DNA of 64,000 nucleotides from Haloarculaceae archaeon (GCA_007122455.1 SKTU01000009.1:2744-66743); one strand, 5' to 3'. Positions 20,780 to 30,951 are shown, counted from the first letter of the stretch. The notes: generated from the letters alone by a model not told the origin. A program made the numbers and translations.

Positions 20780-21178
20780 TTAGCTGTGGGACTCGATAGA
20801 CGCAACGAGCGAACCCTTCTCCTGTACGCCGACCATCCGCTCGACCGGCTCACCGTCGACGAAGAGATACAGCGTCGGAACGCCCTGAACCTGATAGTTC
20901 GCTGCGAGCGACTGGTTCGCGTCGATATCCACCTTCGCGACCGCCGCGTCGGTTTCGGCGGCAATCGCCTCGACAGTCGGTGCGAGCATCTGACAGGGAC
21001 CGCACCAGTCCGCGTAGAAGTCGACGAGGACGACGCTGTTTTCGGCGAGTAGTTCCTGGAACTGTGCCTCACTCTCGATCGAAACCGGCGTGTCCGGTGT
21101 TTCCGGTGCCGACGCCGCCGCGAGTAGCTCCTGTCGTTTCCGCTCTCGGAGCGCTTCGAGTTCGTCGCTGTCGGTCAT
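20780..21178 (-). CDS. trxA: thioredoxin
   Basis: DFYADWCGPC; start trimmed to ATG 21178. Confidence 0.93.
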   Translation of the reverse strand: MTDSDELEALRERKRQELLAAASAPETPDTPVSIESEAQFQELLAENSVVLVDFYADWCGPCQMLAPTVEAIAAETDAAVAKVDIDANQSLAANYQVQGVPTLYLFVDGEPVERMVGVQEKGSLVASIESHS

Positions 21179-21263
21179 ACGAATCGGTAACCGATCCGAC
21201 CGCATAAATCTCGCCCCGACCGAGGCGACAACAGTTAAGGGCCGGCAACACCACCGCCACGCT

Positions 21264-21548
21264 ATGGAGACGGAGTCCGTTCCCCAGGAGATTACGACCC
21301 TCGTCGGACGTGAAGTGTACTCGAACAACGGCGTCTTCGTCGGCGAAATCGAGGATATCCGTCTGAACCTCGATCAGCAGGAGGTCACCGGACTCGCGCT
21401 CGGCGAGATCAACGACGAACTGTTCCGCGGCCGCGTCGGCGCCAACCACGGCGTCATTATACCGTACCGGTGGGTCCGCGCCGTCGGCGACGTGGTGCTG
21501 GTAAACGACATCGTCGAACGCCTCGAGCGGGATTCCGACGACGAGTGA
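21264..21548 (+). CDS. PRC-barrel domain protein
   Basis: LVGREVYSNNGVFVGEIEDI and IIPYRWVRAVGDVVLV. Confidence 0.88.
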   Translation: METESVPQEITTLVGREVYSNNGVFVGEIEDIRLNLDQQEVTGLALGEINDELFRGRVGANHGVIIPYRWVRAVGDVVLVNDIVERLERDSDDE

Positions 21549-21549
21549 G

Positions 21550-23007
21550 TTAACCGCCGTTTCCGCCTTCGCTTCCACTTCCGCCCTCGACCCCCATCGC
21601 GGCGAAGAGCTTCGTTCGAACCGCCTGTTCCGTGAGTTCGAGCAGCGTCTCGCGGTTGTCACCGTCCGTCTCGAGCCCGGTGAATATCCCGAGCGGTATT
21701 TCGGCGCTCGCGTCCGTCGAGTGGCCGACCGCGTCGCCCATGTCGCCGAACGCGTCTTCGAGCACGTTTCCGATGTTGAGCCGAATGTCCTTCGAACGTG
21801 CGGCGAGGTAGATCGTATCGTTGGCGATGGCGAACACCGCAGACGTCGTGATCCCCTCCAGATTGAGCAGGTGCTGTGCGGCCTGTGAGAGGGCGTCGCG
21901 GTCCCGGATGAACCCCGCGTTCGATACCAGGTGGGATCCCTTCACCTCGCGGTTTCGGATGGCCTCCGCGAGCACGTCGAGCGTTTCCGGGCTCATCGAC
22001 GGGGATTCGACCTGTTCGAGGGTGTCGTGGTTCGCGAACGGGTAGAGATACGCCGCAGCCGTGAGGTCGGCAGGCGTCGTGTCGCGCTTGAAGTCGAGCG
22101 TCTCCGCGCGGATCCCGTAGAGGAGTGCGGTGGCGACCTCCTCGCTTAGCCCCAGATCGAACTCCTGGACGTACTTCGTGAGGATCGTCGACGTCGAGGA
22201 GACGTTCGACCGGATGTCGGTGAAACGGGCGTTGTAATCGACCTCCGGCTCGAAGTGATCGAGAAAGACGTCGACGTCGTGGTCGACCACCGGATCGGTC
22301 GCCTTCGCGCAGTCGACGAGTGCGAGCAGGTCGTACGCTTCGAGATCGGCTTTCTCGAGCGGTCGTAGCTCGATTCCGAGGAGGTTGACGAACGCACGGT
22401 TCTCCTGGTGGCCGATCTCACCCTCGTAGAGGATGTCGGCCTCGACGCCGCGGGAGTCGGCGATGGCCTGCAGCGCGACCGCCGAGGCGATCGAATCCGG
22501 TCCCGGAGAGCGGTGTGCCAGTATCGCCATCGTCTCGCCGTCGTCGATGACGTCGGCGAGCTGGGCGGCCTTGTATTCGAGCTCGCCCTGTTCGAGCGCA
22601 CGGAGGGCCGAGTCGGCGATCACCGCCGAGGGGTTGATGACGACGTCGGCACCCTTCTCGTCGAGGTTGTCGGCCGTCACCGGATCGGACGCGCGGACGA
22701 TGATGAACTGGTCGCCGCTGCGCCCCCGAATGTTCTCCAGTGCCGTTTCGTTCGCCTCGGCGTCGGCCGAAAGCATCAGAATGACGTCCCGATCGGCGAC
22801 GGCTTCCACCGTGGCCTCGTCCCGAATATCCGCCGTTCGGGCGTCGAGATCCTGATCCCGGAGCGCCTCCACGCGCCCCTCGTCTTTGTCTAGAATCAGC
22901 ACGTCCTTGCCGCCCTGGACGAGTTCCTCGGCAACTGCGTGCCCGACGCTTCCGCACCCCAAGATGGCGTAGGTAGACATCGAAGCCATCGAGATGGCGC
23001 TACTCAT
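21550..23007 (-). CDS. TrkA-N (RCK) + DHH-family phosphoesterase-like protein
   Basis: ILGCGSVG Rossmann N-terminus; PDSIAS, ATALLYGI, DHHA1-like C-terminus. Confidence 0.85.
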   Translation of the reverse strand: MSSAISMASMSTYAILGCGSVGHAVAEELVQGGKDVLILDKDEGRVEALRDQDLDARTADIRDEATVEAVADRDVILMLSADAEANETALENIRGRSGDQFIIVRASDPVTADNLDEKGADVVINPSAVIADSALRALEQGELEYKAAQLADVIDDGETMAILAHRSPGPDSIASAVALQAIADSRGVEADILYEGEIGHQENRAFVNLLGIELRPLEKADLEAYDLLALVDCAKATDPVVDHDVDVFLDHFEPEVDYNARFTDIRSNVSSTSTILTKYVQEFDLGLSEEVATALLYGIRAETLDFKRDTTPADLTAAAYLYPFANHDTLEQVESPSMSPETLDVLAEAIRNREVKGSHLVSNAGFIRDRDALSQAAQHLLNLEGITTSAVFAIANDTIYLAARSKDIRLNIGNVLEDAFGDMGDAVGHSTDASAEIPLGIFTGLETDGDNRETLLELTEQAVRTKLFAAMGVEGGSGSEGGNGG

Positions 23008-23132
23008 GATAGCAAATCGAACGGCCGGGTGATACTTAATTTGCCCGTACCGTTCCAGGCCATGAGATGTCGTGACGGGCGGGGCAGCGAACGCAACCTA
23101 TTTGGGGCAACCCCGGTTACCGTGAACTGCCC

Positions 23133-23206
23133 GGGCCGATAGCTCAGCCAGGGAGAGCGTCTGGCTCTTAACCAGACGGTCGGGGGTTCAAATCCCCCTC
23201 GGCCCG
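23133..23206 (+). tRNA. tRNA-Lys(CTT)
   Basis: GGGCCGA/TCGGCCC acceptor stem; TCTGG-CTCTTAA-CCAGA anticodon arm; GGTTCAAATCC T-loop; no intron, CCA not encoded. Confidence 0.97.
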
Positions 23207-23252
23207 CTTCTACACGAACCAGTTGTAGATATCACCGCGACCGTATCCCGAC

Positions 23253-24437
23253 TCAGCTCGCAGCGAGCACGGCTTCGAGTCGTTCGGCCAGATCGCCACG
23301 GACGACCCGCTCGGTCTCGACCGCCGTCGGCTCGACGCCCATCTCCTTGAATCCGGTTCCGGTCGGTATCAGCACGACCTGCTCGTCGCGTTCGACGAGG
23401 CCGCGCTCGGATAGCTTCTCGACACCGGCCAGCGGCGTCGCCGAGGCCGGTTCGACGCAGAACCCGCCCGCGCGAGCGAACTGCCGTTTCGCCCGTTCGA
23501 TCTCCTCGTCGGTGACCGAGAGTATCTCACCGCCGGTGGCACGCGCCGCGGCCAACGCGCGTGCACCGCTCGGCGGATCGGGATTGCCGATCGAATGGGC
23601 GATCGTCTCCTCGATCTCCGCCGGGTCCATCGCGGCGACGTCTTCGTGGCCAGCTCGATACGCACGCGTGATCGGATCCGACGCCGCCGTCTGAACGAGA
23701 TACAGCCGCGGCGGCGTCGACAGGACGCCGGCCGCTTCGAGATCCCGAACCCCGCGCCAGATCCCGCTCGCGAACCCGCCGGAGCTGGTGGGTAGAACGA
23801 TCGCATCGGGGGTGATCGATTCGTAGATCTCATACAGCGCCGTCTTGTAGCCGCTGATCCGCGAAGGAACGTCGCCCAGAAGGAACTCGACCGGAAGCGT
23901 CTCGTTCAATGTCAGTGCGTCGGGATAGAGCTTCCCGTAGTCGCCCTCGACCTGGACGATCGTCGGCCCGTACTGAGCGATCAGCTCCAACCGGACGGCC
24001 TGGATCTCGTCGGGAACGAGAACGACGCAGTCCCGCCCGAGAGACGCGGCATGTGCCGCCGTGCTCATCGCCATGTTGCCGTAGGACACCGTGCCGACTG
24101 TCTCGGTGCCTCGCTCGATCGCCTTCGATACCGCGACGGCACTACCGCGGTCCTTATAAGAACCCGTCGGGTTCTCACACTCGTCTTTGACGTAGACGTT
24201 GCAACCGGCCACGGCGTCGAGCCCCGCCGCCCTGACGAGCGGCGTCCCTCCCGCACCGGCGGCGATCCCGTCGAGGCGCTCGATCGGGAGCCCGTCCACG
24301 TACCGGGCCATTCCGGGGGCGTCGCGTCGATCCGCCCACGCCGCGCCGAGGTCGTACCAGAGCGGTTCGCCGCACTCGCACCGAACTCGGCCGTCCCGGT
24401 AGTCGCTGTCGCATCGATAACACGTCACAGTGGCCAT
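23253..24437 (-). CDS. threonine synthase-like PLP enzyme (fold type II)
   Basis: N-terminal CxxC..CxC; GGTPL and NPTGSYKDRG (PLP Lys); TGTGFK. Confidence 0.85.
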   Translation of the reverse strand: MATVTCYRCDSDYRDGRVRCECGEPLWYDLGAAWADRRDAPGMARYVDGLPIERLDGIAAGAGGTPLVRAAGLDAVAGCNVYVKDECENPTGSYKDRGSAVAVSKAIERGTETVGTVSYGNMAMSTAAHAASLGRDCVVLVPDEIQAVRLELIAQYGPTIVQVEGDYGKLYPDALTLNETLPVEFLLGDVPSRISGYKTALYEIYESITPDAIVLPTSSGGFASGIWRGVRDLEAAGVLSTPPRLYLVQTAASDPITRAYRAGHEDVAAMDPAEIEETIAHSIGNPDPPSGARALAAARATGGEILSVTDEEIERAKRQFARAGGFCVEPASATPLAGVEKLSERGLVERDEQVVLIPTGTGFKEMGVEPTAVETERVVRGDLAERLEAVLAAS

Positions 24438-24499
24438 ACGTGGGATTGCCGAGCCGTCCCGATATAGCTCCCGGACCGAGCGCGACGGTTCTCGACCGT

Positions 24500-26173
24500 T
24501 CAGTCCTGGATGCGGACGTCCAACACCGTCGGTCCCGACTCGGAGACTGCCTCGGCGACGGCTCCCTCGATCTCCGAGGGGTCCTCGATGAACCGCCCGC
24601 GAGCGCCGTGTGTCTCGGCGTTCCCCGGAATGTCCACCGGCGGTTCGAAGTCCATCCCGACGAACTCGTAATCGTCCTCCTCGCCGCCGAAGATCCGTAG
24701 CGTGTTGTCCTTCAGGATCCGGTAGTTCCGGTTGTCAGGGACGACGACCGTGAGGTCGACCTCGTATCGAGCCGCCGTGTAGATCGTTTCGGGGTAGTAG
24801 AGATACGAACCGTCGCCGACGAAGCCGATAGTCGCGCGGGGGTTTTCGCGCGTCGACTCCGCGATCGCCGAACCGACCGCCGCTGGCAGGCCGTAGCCCA
24901 GACCACCGCCCCGATTGGCGAAATACTGGCCGGGGTCGAAGTCGTACCGGCGTCGGACCGCCCCCGTGCTCGTCGGCGCCTCCGCGACGATGCGAGCGTC
25001 GGGGGCCGCGGCGTACATCGCGGCGGCCAGATCGTCGTTCGTCGCGACGTCGTTCTCTATCTCGAGGTTCTCGGGCGTTTCGCCCACGGTCGAGGGGGGT
25101 CGAACTGCAGACGCAAGGCGTGCGTCGACTGTTTCCTCGGGGATTCGGCCCCGAAGCTCCTCGCCGAGCTGTTCGAGGACCGTTCCGGGATCGCCGAGCA
25201 CGCCGACGGCCGCCGGAACGTTCTTGCCGACCTCCCAGGCGTGATTGGAGATCTGCACCACCGTGGTATCCGTCCCGACCAGCTGTCGCTCCTGCGGGTT
25301 CGTCGTCGTGTTCGAGACGGCGCCGGCCATGACGAGCGTGTCCGTCGAGAGTATCTCGGCGACCCGATCCTGATCTCGGGGGAGCCGACCGTGCCACAGT
25401 TCGTGATCCGGCGGGAAGCTTATCTCGCTGGCCTTCAGCTCGCCGTAGACGGGAGCACCGACGGTTTCGGCGAACTCGACGGCCGCCGAGACGGCATCCG
25501 GCCCGGACCTTGCGAGCAGATCCCCCGTGACGAGGACGGGTTCTTCGGCGTCGGCGATCGCCTCGGCGGCCCGGTCGACGGCTGCGGAATCGCCCGGACC
25601 GTCCCGCGGAACGTATCCCAGCGGCTCCGGTTCGGCGTCCGTTTCGGCGGTCATCACGTCGAACGGGAGCGCGAGGAAGACCGGGCCGGTCGGTGGCGTC
25701 ATCGCGACGCGGAACGCCCGCCGGAGCATCGTCGGGAGCGAGTCGACGTGTTTCACCTCGGCACTCCACTTCGTGAACTGTTTGGTCATCTCGACGACGT
25801 CGCCCCCGAGGTTCGGTTCGCGGTGCTGGTGGTCCATCGGGTGCGTCCCGGCGGTGACGACGATCGGTGCCCCGGTACCGACGAGGCTCGAATCGAAGAC
25901 GTTGCCGAGTCCGTGAGCGACGCCGGGCGCGATGTGGAGGTTGGCGACGCCGACCGGGAGCGCCTCCGGGTCGTCGTAGCTATCCAGCGTCTTCGCGTAG
26001 CCCGCGGCGGCGCCGACCGCGATGTCCTCGTGGAGCGCCAGCACGTACTCGAGGTCGCTATCCCCGACCGCATTCATGATCGGAAGTTCCGTGGTTCCCG
26101 GATTTCCGAACAGATGCGTGACGCCGTACTGTTCGAGCGTTTCGGTGACGAAGTTTCCGCCGGTTCGAGTCAT
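24500..26173 (-). CDS. thiamine diphosphate-dependent enzyme, benzoylformate decarboxylase-like
   Basis: FGNPGTTELP, LHE, GLGYGLP and GDGS..DNRNY motifs. Confidence 0.88.
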   Translation of the reverse strand: MTRTGGNFVTETLEQYGVTHLFGNPGTTELPIMNAVGDSDLEYVLALHEDIAVGAAAGYAKTLDSYDDPEALPVGVANLHIAPGVAHGLGNVFDSSLVGTGAPIVVTAGTHPMDHQHREPNLGGDVVEMTKQFTKWSAEVKHVDSLPTMLRRAFRVAMTPPTGPVFLALPFDVMTAETDAEPEPLGYVPRDGPGDSAAVDRAAEAIADAEEPVLVTGDLLARSGPDAVSAAVEFAETVGAPVYGELKASEISFPPDHELWHGRLPRDQDRVAEILSTDTLVMAGAVSNTTTNPQERQLVGTDTTVVQISNHAWEVGKNVPAAVGVLGDPGTVLEQLGEELRGRIPEETVDARLASAVRPPSTVGETPENLEIENDVATNDDLAAAMYAAAPDARIVAEAPTSTGAVRRRYDFDPGQYFANRGGGLGYGLPAAVGSAIAESTRENPRATIGFVGDGSYLYYPETIYTAARYEVDLTVVVPDNRNYRILKDNTLRIFGGEEDDYEFVGMDFEPPVDIPGNAETHGARGRFIEDPSEIEGAVAEAVSESGPTVLDVRIQD

Positions 26174-26375
26174 AGTGGGCTGTGTTACCAACAGGCTTTA
26201 GCCGTTGTGTCACCGGTGATCCCACCCGCTTTTTCGACCGGCCGCTCGAAGCGGTCCTGCAGTCGACCCCGTCGTGCCGACTTCGAGTTTCCGCGTAGAG
26301 GGCGCTCGTGAGCGATGGAGTGGTGCTGGAGCCGGCGACAGCTATATCCCCCATGGCCGTGGAGTTGGTCCGACC

Positions 26376-27407
26376 GTGTCCAGCGAGAAGTTCAGCGTTT
26401 ACGTCGAACGGGACGTCCGCATCGAAGAGGTCGGCTACACACTCGGGCTCGAGCCCATACTGGAACACCCCGACATCGAGGTTACCTTCCTCGAGTCGCG
26501 AGACGACAAGCGTATGCCTCCGGGATCGCTCGCCGGTGCCGACGCCTTCGTCTCGGTGTCGTACAGGCTCGACGAGCGATCGCTCGAGGGAGCGGACGAT
26601 CTGAAGGTCGTCACGCGAGCCGGTGCCGGATACGAGGTCCTCGATCTCGAGGCGCTCTCCGATCGGGGGATTTTCGCGTGCCACGCTCCTCAAGGGCCCA
26701 CGGAGTCCGTCGCCCAGGCGACGCTCGCGATGTTCGTCGCCTGCGCGCACAACCTCCGCAAGTACGACAACATCGTCCGCGACCGCGGCTTCGAGGACCG
26801 GATGCGCAACCTCGGCTTCGAACTCGGCAGCGCGACGATCGGTATCGTCGGCATGGGGCTGATCGGCTCTCGGGTCGTCGAGGTAGTGGAGCCGTTCGAT
26901 CCCGAGGTGATCGTCCACGATCCGTATCTCGACCCGGAGCGAGCCGACGAACTCGGCGTCCGACTCGTCGAGTTCGACGATCTGCTCGAAACGGCCGACA
27001 TCGTCTCGCTGCACGTCCCGTTGACCCCCGAGACGGAGGCGATGTTCGGCGAGGAAGAGTTCAGGCGGATGCAGGATCACGCACACCTCGTCAACACGAC
27101 GCGTGGGGGAATCTACGAGGACGCGGTTCTCGCGAGGGCGGTTCGGGAGGGGTGGATCGGCGGCGCCGCGATCGACGTCTTCGAGGACGAACCGAACGTC
27201 CTCGGTAACCCGCTCCTCGAACTCGAGGATCAGCTCGTGACCCCGCACATCGCCGGGCTCACCAAGCAGTCGACGGACCGCATCGGTTCGCTCATGTGCG
27301 AGAGCATCCTCAACGTGATGAACGATGATCTGCCGATCAGCGTGTTGAATCCGGACGCAACTGACCAAGAGATTCCCGCGGAGAATCTCTCGCCGTCGTT
27401 CCAGTGA
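26376..27407 (+). CDS. D-2-hydroxyacid/phosphoglycerate dehydrogenase-like oxidoreductase
   Basis: GIVGMGLIG, LHVPLT, NTTRG, DVFEDEP and TPHIAG; GTG start 26376 inferred. Confidence 0.88.
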   Translation: MSSEKFSVYVERDVRIEEVGYTLGLEPILEHPDIEVTFLESRDDKRMPPGSLAGADAFVSVSYRLDERSLEGADDLKVVTRAGAGYEVLDLEALSDRGIFACHAPQGPTESVAQATLAMFVACAHNLRKYDNIVRDRGFEDRMRNLGFELGSATIGIVGMGLIGSRVVEVVEPFDPEVIVHDPYLDPERADELGVRLVEFDDLLETADIVSLHVPLTPETEAMFGEEEFRRMQDHAHLVNTTRGGIYEDAVLARAVREGWIGGAAIDVFEDEPNVLGNPLLELEDQLVTPHIAGLTKQSTDRIGSLMCESILNVMNDDLPISVLNPDATDQEIPAENLSPSFQ

Positions 27408-27453
27408 CGTCCCGGTGTGAACATACATACGGGAGGACGCCGTTGCCCCGGTC

Positions 27454-28239
27454 ATGCGTTCACAGGAAAATCGACTTCGCGAGTTGATCGACGACGGCGA
27501 CACTACCATCGGGACGCGGCTGATGAGCGCCTGGCCGGGGATGGTGGAGGTACTCGGTCAGACCGGCGTCTTCGATTACGTCGAATTCCTCGGAGAGTAC
27601 GCCCCGTGGGATCTACACGACCTCGAGCATTTCGGCCGTGCGAGTGAGCTCGCCGGGCTCTCCTCGATGATGAAGATCGACGCCGAGAGCCGCTCGTTCA
27701 TCGCCCAGCGCGCGATGGCGTCGGGTATCGAGAACCTCCTGTTCGCAGACATCTACGACGCCGACGACGCGCGCGAATGCGTCGACGCCGTACGGGCTGC
27801 CCCTGACGGGCAGAACGGCGTTCGGATGGATCGCCGGAACGGCTACGTCGGCGGATACGCCTCCCCAGCCGACGTCGTCGACATCTGCGAGGACGCCGTC
27901 GTCGCCATCATGGTCGAGAAGGCTGCTTGCGTCGACGACCTCGAGGAGATCCTCGCGGTCGAGGGGATCGACATGGTGCAGTTCGGGCCCGCCGACTACT
28001 CGCTCTCTATCGGCGAACCCGGCGAGATGGACGGAGACCGGGTCGTCGGTGCCGAGGAGAAGACGATCGAGACGGCGATCGAGATGGGCGTCCGTCCGCG
28101 GGCGGAGATCAACACGCCCGCGGAGGCCGAGTGGTATCTCGACCGCGGCGTCACCGACTTCAACCTGAATACGGACGTTCGGATCCTCCACAGCTGGTGG
28201 TCCGAGCAGGGACGCGAACTGGAAGAACTCGTGCGGTAG
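27454..28239 (+). CDS. HpcH/HpaI-family aldolase
   Basis: IMVE..LEEILAVEGIDMVQFGPADYS metal-binding region. Confidence 0.85.
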   Translation: MRSQENRLRELIDDGDTTIGTRLMSAWPGMVEVLGQTGVFDYVEFLGEYAPWDLHDLEHFGRASELAGLSSMMKIDAESRSFIAQRAMASGIENLLFADIYDADDARECVDAVRAAPDGQNGVRMDRRNGYVGGYASPADVVDICEDAVVAIMVEKAACVDDLEEILAVEGIDMVQFGPADYSLSIGEPGEMDGDRVVGAEEKTIETAIEMGVRPRAEINTPAEAEWYLDRGVTDFNLNTDVRILHSWWSEQGRELEELVR

Positions 28240-28398
28240 GATCCGGTCGCGACGGCGGCCCACCGGTCGACACGGATCGGACGGCGGTTTAATTGGACCG
28301 AGGCTAGTTCACCCCGACAATCGAATAACTCGTCTCACCGTTCCCGACCGTTGATACCGGCCGGAACACGTTTCTGCGTCGTGGTCGTTCACGACCGC

Positions 28399-30099
28399 AT
28401 GCCAGAGACGCCGTCCGACTCGGCATCCGACGCCGAGATCGCACGCTCGGTAACGCCGACCCCGATCGACGATATCGCAGCGACGCTCGGAATCGGTCCC
28501 GACGGATTCGAGCGTTACGGCGACCACGTCGCGAAACTCTCCGCGAGCTTCCTCCGAGAGGCCGACGGCTCAGCGAACGGCAACCTGATTCTCGTCACCG
28601 GCATGACGCCGACACCGCGCGGAGAGGGCAAGACCGTCACAACCGTCGGGCTGGGGCAGGCACTAGCGGCGCTCGGGGAGCGGGCCTCGATCGCGGTCCG
28701 AGAGCCGTCTCTCGGCCCGGTTTTCGGTGTCAAGGGCGGTGCGGCGGGTGGCGGCCACTCCCAGCTCCTGCCGATGGAGCGGATCAACCTCCACTTCACC
28801 GGGGATATACACGCGATCACCGCGGCGCACAACCTCCTGGCGGCTGCCGTCGACGCGCACGTCCACCACGGGAACGAACTCGATATCGACGTCCGGTCGA
28901 ACGTCTGGTCTCGAGCGCTCGATACCAACGACCGCGCCCTCCGGAATGTCGTCCTCGGTCTGGGTGGCCCCGAAAACGGCGTCCCGAGGGAGGGGTCGTT
29001 CGAGATTACTGCTGCTTCCGAGCTGATGGCAGTGGTCTGTCTCGCGACCGACTACGCGGACCTCCGAGAGCGCGTCGCCAGGATCGTCGTCGCGTCGGAC
29101 CGAACTGGTGATCCGGTCACGGCTGGCGACGTCGGCGTCGAGGGCGCCGTCGCTGCTCTCCTCCGCGACGCGCTCCGTCCGAACCTCGTCGGATCGATCG
29201 AGGGCGTGCCAGCGTTCGTCCACGGCGGTCCCTTCGCGAACATTGCCCACGGGACGAACACGGCCGTCGCCGACCGCATCGGTCTCGATCGGTCGGATTT
29301 CCTGGTTACGGAAGCGGGGTTCAGTAGCGAACTCGGCGCGGAGAAATTCGTCGATATCGTCACGCGGGAGACGGGGATCGCCCCCGACGTCGCGGTGCTG
29401 GTCGTCTCCGTCCGCGCACTGAAGCGCCACGGGCTGTCGATGTGGCCGGTCGACGAGGAGCGGTTAGCCGATCCCGACGTCGACGCCGTCCTCGATGGGC
29501 TCGATAACGCAGTTCACCACGTCTCCGTCCTCGAGCGATTGGGGCTGCCCGCGGTCGTCGCGATCAACCGGTTCCCCGGCGATACTGACGAGGAGATCGA
29601 AGCGATAGAGGCGGCGCTTACCGACCGAAACGTTCCGGTCGCGGAATCGACCGTCCATCGGGACGGGGGCGACGGCGGGATCGAACTCGCACGACTGACC
29701 CGCGAGGCGATCGACGACGCCTCGAAAGCGACGCCGCTGTATCCCTCCTCGGCATCGATTCGCGAGAAGATCGAAACCGTCGCAACCGGGCTGTACGGCG
29801 CCGACGGCGTCGAATACACCGAGGCGGCAGCCGACGACATCGAGCGGATCGAGCGACGTGGGTGCGACGACCTCCCGGTGTGTCTCTCGAAGACGCCGTA
29901 CTCGCTCTCCGACGATCCGTCTCGGACCGGCGTCCCGACGGGGTGGACGCTCACGGTCCGATCGATCGACGTCGCGGCGGGGGCCGGCTTCCTCGTCGCG
30001 CTCACCGGTGACGTACTGCGAATGCCCGGACTGCCGGCAGAGCCGGCAGCCAACAACATCGACCTCGAATCTGACGGGACGATCAGCGGGCTGTTTTAG
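28399..30099 (+). CDS. fhs: formate--tetrahydrofolate ligase
   Basis: TPTPRGEGKT, REPSLGP, GGAAGGG, INLHFTGD, HGGPFANIAHG and MPGLP motifs. Confidence 0.96.
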   Translation: MPETPSDSASDAEIARSVTPTPIDDIAATLGIGPDGFERYGDHVAKLSASFLREADGSANGNLILVTGMTPTPRGEGKTVTTVGLGQALAALGERASIAVREPSLGPVFGVKGGAAGGGHSQLLPMERINLHFTGDIHAITAAHNLLAAAVDAHVHHGNELDIDVRSNVWSRALDTNDRALRNVVLGLGGPENGVPREGSFEITAASELMAVVCLATDYADLRERVARIVVASDRTGDPVTAGDVGVEGAVAALLRDALRPNLVGSIEGVPAFVHGGPFANIAHGTNTAVADRIGLDRSDFLVTEAGFSSELGAEKFVDIVTRETGIAPDVAVLVVSVRALKRHGLSMWPVDEERLADPDVDAVLDGLDNAVHHVSVLERLGLPAVVAINRFPGDTDEEIEAIEAALTDRNVPVAESTVHRDGGDGGIELARLTREAIDDASKATPLYPSSASIREKIETVATGLYGADGVEYTEAAADDIERIERRGCDDLPVCLSKTPYSLSDDPSRTGVPTGWTLTVRSIDVAAGAGFLVALTGDVLRMPGLPAEPAANNIDLESDGTISGLF

Positions 30100-30104
30100 C
30101 TGAT

Positions 30105-30169
30105 AGCAGGCGGTAAGCCCCCTGCCTCAAGGAGCCGCCAACGGCGGCGAGTAGGCAGGGGTAGTTCAC
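30105..30169 (+). mobile_element. non-autonomous IS200/IS605-type mini-element (palindromic transposon-end derivative)
   Basis: AGCAGGCGGTAAG-CCCCCTGCCT...AGGCAGGGG-TAGTTCAC: subterminal hairpin, TTCAC 3' terminus, preceded by TGAT; no ORF. Confidence 0.7.
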
Positions 30170-30189
30170 GGCCCTAACCCCTGTGGACG

Positions 30190-30951
30190 TCAGAGCCCGA
30201 CGAACTTGTCCCGCCGGAAGAGATCGAGTTCGGTTACCGCGTCCGGTGGCTCCTGTCGCGCAGCGAAGGCGATCGCGGAAGCAATCGTCTCCGGCTCGGT
30301 GACCTCGCCCGGTTCGTATCGGTTCTCCGCCAGTTCCGACTCCGTCCGGAACTCCTTCCCGAACTCCGTGCGCACCTCCGAAGGGTTGACGACCGTAATC
30401 CCGATGTCGTCACCGCCGACCTGTGCGGCGAGGCTCAGCGCGAAGCCGCGAGTCCACCACTTCGTGGCCGCGTACACCGGGCTTCCCGAGCGCGGATACT
30501 GGCCGGCAAAGCTACCGACGAACACGAGGATCCCCGACGACTCCCGGAGATGCGGGATAGCCGCACGCGCCGTGAAGAACATGCCGTCGGTGTTGACGTC
30601 CATCACGGTCCGGTACTGCTCGGTCTCCAGTTCCTCGACGCTTACTCCGCGTTCGGTTCCCGTCCCGGCGTTGTTGACCACGACGTCCAGCCGGCCGAAA
30701 CTGTCGACGGCCGTCTCGATCAGTGCCTCGACCTCCGCTTCGTCGGTGACGTCGGCTCCGACGGCGAGGGTCTCGACGCCGTGATCCGCTTCGACGTCCT
30801 CTGCGATGGTCCGTAGCCGATCAGTTCGTCGTGCTGTGAGGACGACGTTTGCGCCGTCCCTGGCGAGTGCGTGGGCGGCTTCGCGGCCGATTCCGGCACT
30901 CGCCCCCGTTATCAATGCCGTCTTTCCGTGTAATGCGTTCTCGTGAGCCAT
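30190..30951 (-). CDS. SDR-family oxidoreductase
   Basis: TGASAGIG, NNAG and YAATK motifs. Confidence 0.92.
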   Translation of the reverse strand: MAHENALHGKTALITGASAGIGREAAHALARDGANVVLTARRTDRLRTIAEDVEADHGVETLAVGADVTDEAEVEALIETAVDSFGRLDVVVNNAGTGTERGVSVEELETEQYRTVMDVNTDGMFFTARAAIPHLRESSGILVFVGSFAGQYPRSGSPVYAATKWWTRGFALSLAAQVGGDDIGITVVNPSEVRTEFGKEFRTESELAENRYEPGEVTEPETIASAIAFAARQEPPDAVTELDLFRRDKFVGL

